Counted from the first letter of the whole stretch, positions 24,948 through 38,259 are shown. The stretch: 62,897 bases of DNA, filler included, from Rhabdomonas costata (GCA_019059605.1; 47 parts of 47 records of this genome joined end to end with filler, not necessarily neighbours in it), one strand, 5' to 3'. Notes: generated from the letters alone by a model not told the origin. Translations and numbers: made by a program.

Positions 24948-25691
24948 CTGCACGTGAGTGGGTCCCCACCGCTCGTGCAGCCGCGTCTCAGATAGCGTTC
25001 ACTCAAGACAGCCAGCCGAGGACAGAAACCCTTTACATAAAGCCTTGGAAGGGCTTTCGCCGTTTCTAAAACCTTGCAATTTGTTACCTTTCCTTTCGTT
25101 GTACCATCTGTGACAGTTTACGGATCGGTCGCATCGATAGGACCCTGAAGCGTGCATCAGAAGTTAAAAAAAACGCCCACGAGGCCGAAACCACCAAACT
25201 CCGCGAGGACTCCCTCGCTAATTCCCCGAAGAATGCGCTTTATCCTCACAGACTCCCATTTATCACCCCACCATTTTCGCTGCAGTCGCTCGACGTTTAA
25301 CGAGAAAGCCCCACACTTTCCAACAAAACCGCACCTCTTCCCACTCAATTCCACCGACCGGCGAAAAACTAACCANNNNNNNNNNNNNNNNNNNNNNNNN
25401 NNNNNNNNNNNNNNNNNNNTTAATTAATTAANNNNNNNNNNNNNNNNNNNNNNNNNNNNNNNNNNNNNNNNNNNNGGGGTGGGGCATAAATGCACTAGCG
25501 CCGGCGGACCGCAGGTGTGTGTTGAGTTAGATTTCTTGACAAAAAGAAAGATGGAAGTGCAAAAGACGCCTGTTTTCTTTTTGGGGGGGGGGACTCGGCA
25601 CAACCGCAGTATCCGCTGTTTATGGCATCCCCTTGCACACGGATGCTGCTGTTTCAAAAGGCTTTCATCCCGTCTCTGCTTCCTCTCCCAG

Positions 25692-26444
25692 ATGACGACG
25701 AGGTGCCTCTTGAGCTCAGCGGTACGCTGACTAAGCTGCTGACCCCCACCGGGGCCTTCTTCACGGGTCTGTACCTGAACCGGCCTTGCGACGGTGTGCC
25801 CCCCTGGTTGGTTTGGCTCGGCCTCTACAAAGTCCCCTAGCTGGACCTCGCTCGCGGCCGCAGCATATCCCGCTTCCCATATAACTATTCCGTCCACACC
25901 GAAAGCTCTAAAGGGTCAGGGGGACAAGGGCGACGCGCATTCGATGGGTGCAGGCCCTCACCATCCCTGGTGTTTCTATTTCACTGTTAAGTGAACATTA
26001 AGTGAAGGTGCCTGCAGTTACTGACCCCGCCAGCGGATCTGTCGGTCCGTTGCTCTTTCCCTCAGTCCGCTTCACCCTGGACGGACCGGCTAACAGCTGA
26101 GCTGCGTTGGGCTTCCCCCAGGGCAGAGCGTAGGAGCATACCAAGCAAGCGCCGAAGACCGGGTCCATCTTCTCTTTGTGTTCAGGCAGTTTTTGATTGG
26201 CTGGGATTGTCAGAAATAATGAGGTCTTCCGGGCCTTGAGACAGCTGTTACGGGAGTACACACAAGTACGCACATGTAGACACTCGCTCGCTCACTCACT
26301 CACTCGGCAGATGTTGTGCTATCGGCATCGTGTGACAACCTGGGCATCCTGCCGTGCCCCTCGGACAGCTTCAGCGTGGGCTGTGGGCTGGCCTTCGTCG
26401 AGTTCCCTACTGAGGTGGACGCGGGCCAGTCGTTCTCCGTGGTG
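25692..26444 (+). CDS. Ig-like beta-sandwich repeat protein; two exons
   Basis: Exons 25692-25793 and 26311-26444 join in phase 1: LELSGTLTK..GAFFTGLYLNRPCD|DVVLSASC...SDSFSV..LAFVEFPTEVDAGQSFSVV; domain call is from pattern only. Confidence 0.6.
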
Positions 26445-27629
26445 GTGTGCCACACAAGCTATCAGGCCTGCAATTGTGCAATTGGTGATGCAGATGACTA
26501 TGTACTCGCTGAATGCTCAGGCTTCAGGGGGTTGGCTGCTCAGCGTGCCGAAGTGCACGACGATGGATCGCGGACTGTTACGAAGCCAAGGCGCAAGAAG
26601 AAAACCCGAGCAAAGTTCGGTGTGCAGGCGTTCGGGCGAGAAAGCGGCAGGTTGCAGAAAGGCGATATGTGTCGCAGTCTCCAATGTACTCTCCTCCACC
26701 GCCCCCCCCCACACCNNNNNNNNNNNNNNNNNNNNNNNNNNNNNNNNNNNNNNNNNNNNTTAATTAATTAANNNNNNNNNNNNNNNNNNNNNNNNNNNNN
26801 NNNNNNNNNNNNNNNCTTGATCTGCTCCACAGCAGCGAGGATATGCTGCAAGACGGTGTTGGGATCCGTCATCGGCGAGCCCAAAAGAGGCAGTGACACG
26901 TGTCAACAAAAAGAATGATGCTGGTGGGAAAGAGAGAGAGAGGAAAAACATCAGTTTTGTCTATAGTATGCATTGGTTGAGAAGGAGGGCCGAAGCAGCC
27001 CGGGGGTCTTTTGTACATACAGTGGGCCTCCCAAAACGCTGCGTGGCCGGTCCTTGCACCCTCAGGCCGGTTCCCACCCGTGCCCCTTGGTGGCTCTCTC
27101 CTTAATTTTTGTTAAATCTTGTGCCGCTCCTTTCCGAGGGTTTATCGAGGGTTTATCCACGGCAACCCCCACTTGCCCGTATCCCCGCGAAAGGGGGTTA
27201 CCAATACCAAATAATTTCCCCCGCGATCATTTCCCCGTAGCAGACCTTGCAACGATCATCAGTATTTTCCAACACAGCAACGAGCGGTAGAGCAACAGGT
27301 CTAACGACAATATTAACGGCACTGCGGCACAGGCACAGGCACAGGCATGGCAGCATTTGGTATGTTGTGTCTCTTTTCTATGTCACAGTTGTGCCTCTTT
27401 ACTTTGTTACATCGCTTGTTAAAATTTGCTTTCTGGCGTTGTAATTCGTAATACTGGCAATTGCAATGCCACCGCCATCATTTTGCACCCGTTTCTCTCT
27501 TCACTTTCTGCTTTCTTATTTTTATCAATTTATTAACGTGTAAACACCCAAACTGGGAGGAGTTTCTTTTCACTGGAATGCGGGAGTGCTGCTGAGTTCC
27601 AACCCACTTTATGCTTTCTTTGAACTCAG

Positions 27630-28055
27630 GACAAGACCAAGGAGCTGGGCATCAAGGGCAGCTTGCTGTGGTTTGGCCTGATGATGCGGCGTCAAAGGGA
27701 GGCCTTTTACCTGAAGGGTTACGACAGCAAGCTGGTCGGTGTCGATGAGATGGGGAACAAGTACTGGACCAGCACCTATACTTCTGCACGTATGCCCCCG
27801 TGGCCCACTTCAAACCTTCAGGCCTGTACGGCTGGGGTGGCCCTCACAGGGCCGCAAAGAGAGGAGGCGCAAAAGGGAAACGAGAGAGATCGGGGCACCA
27901 CCACCGGCCGAGGGTGAAAGGTCAGAAAACCATGACCCCAAGGACCGACCATGCACCGTTCCAAAACATCTTTTTCGGGATGTCACGCATCTCCTTCCTA
28001 GTGCAATCCCGCTGGGTGGAGTTCCCGGAGCGCTCGACCCACAACACCGACCCCA
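27630..28055 (+). CDS. NDUFA12: Complex I accessory subunit NDUFA12/B17.2; two exons
   Basis: Exons 27630-27789 and 28002 to contig end: KELGIKGSL...KLVGVDEMGNKYW...L|QSRWVEFP. Confidence 0.8.
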
Positions 28056-30551
28056 ANNNNNNNNNNNNNNNNNNNNNNNNNNNNNNNNNNNNNNNNNNNN
28101 TTAATTAATTAANNNNNNNNNNNNNNNNNNNNNNNNNNNNNNNNNNNNNNNNNNNNGGCTGTGCTTGGAGGTCCCTTTCCAGACTTAGACGCAAGGTTTT
28201 TTCGTGAAGTGTTATGCGGAAGTGGATATATGGACGGACGGATGGGTGCATGGATGAATATTTGGATGGATGGATGGGTGGGTGGGCGGCGGGCATCAAA
28301 ATGTTTCGTTTCGTAATGATAAAAAGTGTTCCGTGGTCACCCTTCCTAACCTTTTTGGGTGGAAATCTCACAAGAAAAAAGTGCACCAACAACCCTCCTC
28401 AACCCCGCCCCTCCCCTCCCCGCTGCACCCTGCCCTCTTTGCCCTCGCGCTGTGGCCTTTTTCTCATCCATCTTTTAGCGGTGGATGATGAGGCGGACTT
28501 TTCGTGCATTGTCAATGAGTGAGTGTGCTTCTGTGTTGGCCGTGTAGGCGTGTGTGACAAAGTCCGTGCAAAATAGTGTGTTTTGAGGAGTTTGTGCTGC
28601 TGCTGCTGCTGCATCTGCTGCTGCTCCCTTCCCGATAGAAGTGTACCATGAGGCACAGGGAGTGGGCCAACAGTGTGTGTTTGGGTGGGTGTATATGTAT
28701 GCCTGCCTAAAAGAGATACCGAACGTGGAGCGAAATGGAGGAGAAAAGTGGATGGGAACTGTGATTGAGAGGGAGCATCCCCCGAGCAAAGCGGGCAATA
28801 GCAAAGAAAAGAGAAAGAAAAAAGGGAGGCAGTGCACCGCTTTGAACTTCTTCTGAAGTTGGCACTTCACTCCCCCCCCCCTTGTTTTTTTGCATCGCTC
28901 AGCCCAGAGAGGCCAAAAGGAGGGCAGAAAAAAAGACAGAAGAGCATGTGCTTTATTTCGGGGTAGCGGAGCTTCCTTTTTTGAAGGTTGGAGGACGGGA
29001 AGGTGATGAAGGGAGCAGGATGTTCCAAGTTGTCTACGTGACAGTAGATGTGAAGGTGGAAAGCTTCATCATCAGCAATACCAGTGGGTCAGTGAGGGGC
29101 ACTATGTGAGAGTGAAAGAGAAGCTTCTGTTTGTTGTCTGACGAAAGCCTCGGTAGCAAACCCGATAAGGACAAAAGAAGGCGACTTCATGTTTTCTTAA
29201 TTCCCTTTTATTAGTGAAGTTCTCCTCATCGCTTGCTCTCTCGCTCTCCTTATGTTCTGTGTGCATCGCTGACGGCTGCAATTATTTGCGATTTTGTGGA
29301 AGCAGGTGTCCTGTGTCCTTTCCCTTGGCATGCACCGTGTTTCTGAAACCGGTGCATGCCAAGGGAAAGGACACAGGACACCTGCTACCACAAAACNNNN
29401 NNNNNNNNNNNNNNNNNNNNNNNNNNNNNNNNNNNNNNNNTTAATTAATTAANNNNNNNNNNNNNNNNNNNNNNNNNNNNNNNNNNNNNNNNNNNNGGGG
29501 GTGGTTTTGCGAAATATCACTGAAATCGAGTTCGGAGTATTTCAGTCAATTCCCTTGCACCCTGCGCGCAGGAACGGATTTTTCGGCTCCCATTTTTTCC
29601 CAGGCTTCCCATTTTTTTCAAGTTTCGTATTCTTTGGTCAGCGTGGTAGCAAGTGATGACCTATGAAAAATGTGTAAAGAATCATGGCGCGGGGCACTCG
29701 AAAACTGAGGGGTTTCATATCGCTGGTTGAAAATAAAAAGAGGAGACATTTCGGAGGCTTAGAGGTTTGAAGACACAAAATACTCAATAAAAATTCTTGC
29801 ACAACGAAGCATGGCAGGACAATTGCAGCAACGCATCTACACACCCAGCAAGGAGGCCAGGGCACGATCCTTCGTCGTCGACATTTTCTCACAAATTGGA
29901 AAGGTAGTGCGTAACCGCGAAACCGCAAAAAAAAATACAGGAGGCAATCAGCTTTAACTTGAAAAAGAAGAAAAGTAAAAAATTCCGAATGCAGGTAGAG
30001 GTTGGGGGTAACGTCTTACGACCCGATTTCTGACCTATGGATTTTATGGGCACAATTAAAATGAAAACGAAAAAACATCCATCTCAAATGACAAATGCAG
30101 AGCTCAAATATATAGGGTCGGCATTTTGTCCACACGTCTCTTCACACCTCAGGTGTCAAAAGAGGCGTTCGCAAGCGGTACTGTCTCTTTCGGCGTGTGC
30201 CGCGTTTCAAGAAAAACATACTGTCTCAGAATGGTGGATGAATTCGAACGTAAGATGCTCGAATCCACTTTCGCACAACAAATCTAAAATAAACCTTGCA
30301 AATGCCACATAACCACAAACAGGAGTATCGATGCTCAACGTACGTATAGAATTGAGAATATAGGCGGCGGTCAAATTGTGCGTGTGTCAAGGGGTACGAT
30401 CATTGTTACTCAGATTCAGACACAAATTCTTTTTATGCAACAGCATTACCTCCGCGAAAGACTGACACGCGGACAGACAAGCACTGCGATCTCTTGGTTT
30501 AAGGACCAAGAGCCTTGTAACGTCAGAAACACTGGTGCGTGAAGGGCACCT

Positions 30552-30552
<1 letters not shown>

Positions 30553-30583
<31 letters not shown>
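30553..30583. repeat. (CA)n microsatellite
   Basis: Direct reading. Confidence 0.95.
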
Positions 30584-30585
<2 letters not shown>

Positions 30586-30945
30586 GCGTAACTGTACCAG
30601 CGCAGAAACTGGCGCCAGTAGGCCAAGTCAGCCGAACAGGCCGAATCCTCTGCCGCTCGTTTGCCACAGCCCCTTACCCAAAGCCCAGAGCGGCACCGAA
30701 CGCATGCCGCGCATAAGAGGCGCTACAAAACTTCATAANNNNNNNNNNNNNNNNNNNNNNNNNNNNNNNNNNNNNNNNNNNNTTAATTAATTAANNNNNN
30801 NNNNNNNNNNNNNNNNNNNNNNNNNNNNNNNNNNNNNNTTGTTTTGGTCGGCAAAAAGCTGCAGGTCTTGCACAGCAAAAGGAAAGGAGGGGGGGGGGTG
30901 CCGAAGGAAAGCCTAAAAGCTTCAAACCAATGAGACTAAACACAC

Positions 30946-31817
30946 CGACAACGCTGAGCTGAAGGCTTCCCGAGTACACCGAGCCGCCGTCCGCAGAGAC
31001 CTGCAAGGGCCCCGCGGAGGGGCTCAGCCCCGAGGGGAGGGTGCACGTCAGCGTGCACAGGTCAACGTACGACGCCGGATACACCTGAGGGAAAACCATT
31101 GGGGCATGTAAAGATTGCACTCCCGGCAAGGGTCTCCGCCATTCATGGGCCAAAAAAGTCATCAGGAGGAAGATGTTCGTTTGAAAGGCTGCACTGATAT
31201 TAAAAAGAGACAAAATCGAGCCGCAGGAAAGGCATGAGATGCGTCAAGTGCTGTTTTCCAATTGAAGGAATTGCCCATAAACACAATTTGGTGGCGTATT
31301 TGTTTTTGTTCATATTTCTGGTGCGACGGCTACATTGAAGGGACGGCAGAATCGGACGAGATCGGGGGATCAGGAAAACCTGGCCATTGAACTTGCACCT
31401 CAGTAGGGAGTTCGGTGAGGTGCCATAGTTCCAGCCCTGCGACAAGCGCAAGATCGGAAATATGCGACGCCCAATGTTCCCGGTAACACTGCTGCCAGGA
31501 GGTCACTTTCTCGCCCTGCACGGTAGAGTTTGCGTCAACGATGGTCAACGATACAACAGCACATGCAACAACGCTGGGCACGCAGAGCCACCCGCGTTTT
31601 TTTTATTGCCAGTCAAAGGAGACACCAAAAATACTTGGGAAGAAGGTTCCCCTCTGCCGCATTTGTCAAGTAAGAGTCGCCAACTGATTTGGGGCACCTC
31701 GCGGCAAATATCCACCCATCGATGCGCTTGCCTCTGCCCCTCTCACCTGCACTCGAATGGTTGTGCTGGCCGAGGTGGACGCAGTGCTGGGAGTGATGGA
31801 CGAAACCAAATCCGTGG
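30946..31817 (-). CDS. IPT/TIG-domain protein; three exons
   Basis: Exons 31817-31747, 31436-31380, 31084-30946: VSSITPSTASTSASTTIRVQ|GWNYG..LLRCKFNGQ|VYPASYVDLCTLTCTLP...LQVSADGGSVYS. Confidence 0.85.
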
Positions 31818-32416
31818 CTGTGAGTCAAGAGAAATGATAAGCCAACGCGGCGGCGGCAGCAGCAGCAGCAGCAGCAGAATAATAAGAAATACAACCACAA
31901 CAACCACGACCACAACCACAACCACAAGCACAACAACTTCAGGAGCTCGACGGCGCAGAGAACATTCACAACAACAGCATCAGCCGGAACCTCATCAGCA
32001 CGCTATCCACAACCATGGGGTGGGTCATCCTGCTCCTGATGTGCGTGCCCGACCCCACACACCAACCACACCCACCACNNNNNNNNNNNNNNNNNNNNNN
32101 NNNNNNNNNNNNNNNNNNNNNNTTAATTAATTAANNNNNNNNNNNNNNNNNNNNNNNNNNNNNNNNNNNNNNNNNNNNACAGGGGCAACAGTTTGGCATG
32201 GATTGGGAGAGGGGGGAGGTCCGACCCCCCCCCCCCCCAATCCACTCAGCGTGCCGTACCGAGGCTTTTTTCGAAGCCACCACCAGCACGCCTCTTCTGA
32301 ATTCAGTTAATTTAGCAGGTGGCTGGTGCAGGCCAGTCTCGACCTGTGCATTTCGGGAACCACGTGTTTTGTTTTTCTCTGCTGTTTCTGTTCTTTTTTT
32401 TTGCCCGACGAACCAG

Positions 32417-32984
32417 GCTCGCGTTGGAGGCTTCAACTACATAAAGGCGAGATTCCCGCGGAGCCAGCCTGTGGCGGTGGAGGACCCGAGCTCTCCGATG
32501 AACGCAATGCGCTCGAGGGTGCGCTGTTTGCTAACGTTTCGATGTAAATCTCTCCTTGGACGGCACTCACAGAAAGGTTTTTGATTGACAGTTTACCTCT
32601 ACCGCAATGAAGCTGAACAAGGTAGATTGGGGGCATGATTTTATTCGAAACTGTTCGGAAAAATCGGATTTTATTTAAATCAAGGGTTTGCTCTGGACCT
32701 GCTTTTATGTTTCTGCGTCCTCCTGTGTTCTCCTGAGTTTCTGTTATTTTACTGGTTTTAAAAGAGAATGAAAGATTCAGACTGAGTGCCCCCCCTTGTG
32801 ATGGGTATTGTGGTGGATGCAGATTACCGTGGCGATGTTGGGAGGTTCGGTGCGGCTGTTCACCTCCGCGATTGCGGCGTGCCTGGAGGACACCACTAGC
32901 CCGGCCTACCGGCGCTCCGCGCTGGACTGCCTGTTCACTACGTTCCGTCTCCACGAGCGGGGTTGCCTGGGCGAGCCTGACAAG
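32417..32984 (+). CDS. Two exons of an unknown, probably helical protein
   Basis: Exons 32417-32518 and 32823-~32984 join in phase 0; GC3-rich; second donor uncertain. Confidence 0.55.
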
Positions 32985-33944
32985 GCACCTGTCCCCTCTC
33001 TCCTTGCTCCCTTCCACCATTCCCTACTTCATTTGTTGACCTGCAATCCTGTTACCAGGGTCCGTCTCTGCATGTGAGACCTCCTCCGAGAGCTGCATTT
33101 GGATTTACTACAACATTTCTGTTTCTGGTTGATGGAAGGAGAGATGGTTGCCCTTAGGGGGGCGTCCGCTGGGTTCTCTGGGAACTCGTGAACTTGTGAG
33201 ACCATGAATCTTTGGGTACCAGACTACTTTCATTGGGTTCAACGAGCTCTTTTCTGTGGCTAGTTGTCGGGCGGTCTGTACAATGGAAAATGAACGCGCG
33301 TCCTTTTTTCAGAGCGTTGCGTCCCGCTTACTGGGTCATAGGCCATCCTCGGTTTCCCTATTACATGGAGGAGTTCGATGAGGAACACTCGTTTCTCACT
33401 CACTCCGTGTAGGTTCTCNNNNNNNNNNNNNNNNNNNNNNNNNNNNNNNNNNNNNNNNNNNNTTAATTAATTAANNNNNNNNNNNNNNNNNNNNNNNNNN
33501 NNNNNNNNNNNNNNNNNNGGTGTTGGGGGGAGGGTTGCTTGGAGGTGGTATCCTACAGACAGGGGCGCTGATTCTCAAATTTTGCTGCCATCTTACGGAA
33601 GCATCACTGAAGGCATTCTATGGCGAATATGCAGTGAGATCAATGTGAAAACGGACGGAGTATTTTCCCCCAGCTTCCCGACCACTCCCCTTTTCTTTGC
33701 CTTTTTTAGATCTGTTGGATTCCGAAGGCGAGAATTCCGAACCGCTTTCCAGGCGAAACCCACTGCAACTCTCGAAAGTAGAAACGCTCGCAGTTGGGAT
33801 GGTACTACCGCAGCCGAAGAGAACTCAACGTCCTTCCCGCAGCCGTTTCATATGCAAGGTCAATGCACACCACCATAATATTCCTGTGCTCGGTACACAT
33901 GTTATTGTATTATTTTTTGCCTTCCTGTTTTCTGTGCTCTGTAG

Positions 33945-34676
33945 GATCGACAGGGAACATTTATACTGGAGACCAACGGGCTGCTGCTGGGAAGCAGCCC
34001 AGAGCTGTGCGCCGCACTGGCGGCCAGCGGAGGAGATGTGGTGGTGAGGATCTGCGTCAAGGGCACTGACCCGGACTCCTTCGAGAAGGTCTGGTCGGTC
34101 GGTGTTCGATCAAGCTGCACGTGTGCTCGCGTCAAACCCCTTTTCCGCACGGCACCTCAACCCTAGTTTGCGAGTATTTGCACAATCGGAAGCAGGAGAG
34201 CGGAGTCTTTGGAGTCATGGAGGCCTTAACCAACTGCTAGGTAGTTCAGCTGACATTGGGGCAAAAACAAACACGTATTATTGTTCAACACGAGCTGGAG
34301 ATGGTGTGGTAGTGCTTCAAGTATGCTGTTGCATATATGCTGATGATCAACTCAGCCTGCTCGGTTGCCAATGTATGCTATGTCGCGTCCTGAATGTTCT
34401 CATGTCATTGCTTCTGGCGTCTGTGCGCAGGTCACGGGGGCCCATGGCACGGGGTTCTTCTTGCAGCTCACCGCCCTGCAGGAGCTGCAACGTCTCGGCG
34501 TTCGTGCCCACGCCGCGTTCATGGCGGACCTCTTCCCGCCCTCCGAGGTCGAGGACCTCGCACAGACTCTGCGTCGGGAGTGGGGCATCCACGGGGAGCT
34601 GGAGCTCGAGGGCCTGGAGAGGTACCCTCCTGTGATGGCCCACCTGAAGCAGAGACATCTGGAGATCGTTGGCTGA
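33945..34676 (+). CDS. Radical-SAM Fe-S protein of archaeal type (COG5014-like), C-terminal half; last two exons
   Basis: Exons 33945-34088 and 34431-34676 (TGA): TFILETNGLLLG...VVVRICVKGTDPDSFEK|VTGA..FFLQLTALQEL..GVRAHAAFM...ELELEGLERYPPVMAHLKQR. Confidence 0.75.
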
Positions 34677-35854
34677 GTTTCTCTGCTTTCTCTGTGTGCC
34701 AACCCATGTCTTCTCCTGCAATCATTGCATTGTTTGCCTCCTTGTACCCAACCCACANNNNNNNNNNNNNNNNNNNNNNNNNNNNNNNNNNNNNNNNNNN
34801 NTTAATTAATTAANNNNNNNNNNNNNNNNNNNNNNNNNNNNNNNNNNNNNNNNNNNNTGTGTTTCGGTGTGTTTGGTGTTTGTTTTCTCAGCTTCCACCT
34901 CGAAGGTCGCTTTCCTAAAGCGGACTTTGGATGGCTCTTCTTCTCTGAATCAGTGCTATGTTGATTTTAGACCAACCCTGTGCAGCCATTTTTCATGCGA
35001 AAAAAATGGTTACTGAAGCCCCCATCCCTTTTTGATTTCCCGCGGCTCCCACTTTGTTTCCTCACTGCTGTCGTGCTGCAGTTGACGGACTTCTTTCCCG
35101 ACCCCCTCTCTTTCTCTTTTTTTCGCTGCTTTCCCTTCGGCGTCGGGGAATGTCCACCGCCCGAGACGGAGTCCCTGCTGCTGCTGCTGCTGCTGGCGGC
35201 GGTTTCCCCGCGTTTACAGCCGCGCCGTACCCTGCCCAGGGATGGGGTTGGGCTCCGGTTATGGGTTCCCAGCCATTCCTACTTGGGTTTTTGCTAAAAG
35301 GCGTCAGGCACGTGAAAATGGGCTGTCATATGGCAATGGTTCTTCACATATGTCACTGGCCATATTTGGAGGACCTTTTGCTTTTCTAATGAAATCATCG
35401 ATGTGTATGGTCACTTGTCTGCACACGCAGCTTCTGGAGTTCTGGAGGGAGCGGAAGAGCGTCAATGGCCCATTTTGCCGTTGAAGCACGAAATGACGGA
35501 GGCGAGCCCGCGGGACCGGGAGCAGGAGGCTAGTAGAAGCGTGAACTTGCCTAGACGTGTTGTTCTGGTTTGGTCTGCTGATACGATTTGTTACCATTGG
35601 TAACTGTTGCCGCTTGCGTGTCTTACCGAGAGTTAGGTGGAAGGAGGATAGGGGGTGGCCGAGGCTAGTTTGGGCGCGGCTGAGCGGAAGGACACAGGTA
35701 GTGAACAGCGATTGTAACAAGCAAGACAATGCTAAAATTAAAAGGTGAGAGTCAAACCCAGGATGGAAACCCACATAAATATCGATTGAGGTTACTACAA
35801 ACCGCTCACGGGCCTGACGCCATCTTCGCTTAACCTGAGCTTCTGCCGTATGGG

Positions 35855-36096
35855 GTGGGCCCTGCGGGGGTGATGCAACCAATGCCCATTCCCGGGCCCC
35901 CCACCACCGTCATGGTGAGTGCGCAGCAGCAGGCCTCTGCCTTTGCCGGAGTGTCCTACTACGGTAACCCCGTCCCTGCCACAATGCAGTACTCTCCGGT
36001 GATGGTGGCCGGCGGGGGCCCAACAGTGATGTATCAACTGGTGCCTGTTCAGCCCGTCGCGCCTGTCGCGGTCACCGTGGTTGCACCACCCAAAAC
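35855..36096 (+). CDS. Pro/Val/Gln-rich low-complexity coding segment
   Basis: Open frame to contig end: MQPMPIPGPPTTVMV...YQLVPVQPVAPVAV. Confidence 0.4.
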
Positions 36097-36754
36097 NNNN
36101 NNNNNNNNNNNNNNNNNNNNNNNNNNNNNNNNNNNNNNNNTTAATTAATTAANNNNNNNNNNNNNNNNNNNNNNNNNNNNNNNNNNNNNNNNNNNNTGAT
36201 CAAGAAAATAAGATGGTTATTGCAGGTGGTAAATCTCCGTGGTTAGTATTAGATATTAAACAATACATGTGAAACAAAAGTATCCAAATGGAAACAACTG
36301 TATGCTGGCGCAGCGGCTCCGCTCGGGCTTTGTGAGCGCCAATTTTTTGTTTGTTTGAATGACGGGGTCATTTTGCACAGCTCTGCATTGCTCTTTATTT
36401 AGCAGAGGATCCGTGGACACAGCCTGGCTGCGCTCTCTGCTCCGCTTTCTGGCGAAGGTGACCGTTTTTCTGACGCTCTGCTTTTCTTGGTCCTTTATTG
36501 CAGATGGGCGATTTGTACTGATTTATTGCGTTCTTCGCTGCTTGGCATCAGATCCAGTAGAGAAACCCATTGCTGGGTTCGACTTCCGAGTCCTCACCTC
36601 CGCGTATCCCTTGACACCCGTCCGCAGAGACTCCGCTGTCTCAGCTCCGAAGGTGCAACAAGAATTTACGTTTGTTGTTTGTTGTTCCTTTTTCTGGAGC
36701 GACCCGTTTGTGTTGGAAGGAGAAAGAGTAAGTGCCGGTAGCCTAACGCCTAAT

Positions 36755-36847
36755 CGAGACCAGCGTGTTAGACCGTGATATGAATTCGAGCCGACTTCGG
36801 TTCCTGACATATCCGACCAGTGTTTAGCCAGTGCACCCAACTCAGTG
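36755..36847 (+). repeat. Interspersed SINE-like repeat family A, copy 2 (partial)
   Basis: CGAGACCAGCGTGTTAGACCGTGATATGAATTCGAGCCGACTTCGGTTCCTGAC...CACCCAACTCAGTG matches the reverse complement of 375-468. Confidence 0.8.
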
Positions 36848-38259
36848 CTCATGTCAACATGGGCATTGGTAGTTTTTTCTCAAAAAGATGGCTAGGCAGG
36901 TTACGCAGGGCCTCCTAGCACCGATGCAATACACAAGCCTCGGCTTTGTCGGATTTGAAATGGCAGCGAGCATTTTTGCTTGCTCGGTGTCCGCTTGTTG
37001 CCTCGAAAGCGCAAGGACAGTCAGTCCTCTGGGACTTCACTCTCCGTCTTCCCCATCTTCAGCTTTCTTAAATTATGGGTGCAATGAAAGTGGGGGGGGG
37101 GGTAACGGTTACCAGTGGGAACAATTTTTACGATGGGAGCATATTCTGAAAAGATGTTAAAGGGCTCCCCAGGTCCCCGCCCCAGCCGCCCGCTCCGGCC
37201 GCGGCGCGGACTGGCCTTCGCACCTAAACTAACGCTCTTCTACTCGTCCGCCCGTATCCCAGCGATTGGCGACTCCTTAGCCAGCAGTAGTTTTCAGCTG
37301 CTCAGCAAAACAATCACCCAGGGAGCACTGGCAAAGCTTACCTACCCCCCTACCCCCTTACACAAAAATACAGTCATTTCCAGAGTGTTGGCGTACTTTA
37401 CGTCACCGCTTTTAGTTAATTAGCAAAAAACAAAACNNNNNNNNNNNNNNNNNNNNNNNNNNNNNNNNNNNNNNNNNNNNTTAATTAATTAANNNNNNNN
37501 NNNNNNNNNNNNNNNNNNNNNNNNNNNNNNNNNNNNGTGTGTGGGTCCACATGAGACAAAAGTTCGAATAGAAAGCGTTTCCTTTCGAGTTGAGTGGGGT
37601 TTCGGTTGAGTCCATGCCCCCCCTTTCGATCAGATTGTAGGGCTGCCCTCTGAGGGCACCAGAAGCAGCAGAGTACCCGATCCCTGGGACACTGCATTCA
37701 CGCAGAGCTGGTACAGCTATGGTTCCGCACTGCCTTGCACCGCGATACCGTTGGCTGCTCCTATAGCAAAGCAGAGAAAGAATGCAGTGGTGCCGAAATT
37801 CGGATGTTGATGTAATGGACCCATAAATTTATTCTGGTTGTTAATGGACTACAACAACTTTTTGTCAATGCCGTTTACTCTCTCTGAGGTGCCAAGAATA
37901 TGGCTTCAGCGGCTGCCTTTGTGATTGGCCGAAAGCTCATGTCGATCTTTTGCTTTTCTGGATTCCAGGTTTGCAAGGGTGCACACGTTTGCGGTCGTAA
38001 GGAAGGAAGAATACACTATTCTCAGCCTTTTTGCTTCGTTAGTGCCTTTTCTGCATGAGTTTTCCTTCGTGGGTGACCTCCTTGCGTGTGTCATTAGCCT
38101 AATCAAAGGGTGCATTAAAGCACATGTATTTCCAGGACATTCCCGACTGCGAACATTCGGCCGCACTCCCCTTTGGAGGTCAACGGCCTCACCGCACAGA
38201 AGGGTCACATACATGTTTCTCATCTAAACGCCATCTTTTTACTGCAATCATCGCTTCAG

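Noticed and set aside
35855-36096. Articulin (pellicle protein)
   Set aside because: Lacks the repeated charged VPVPV-type units.
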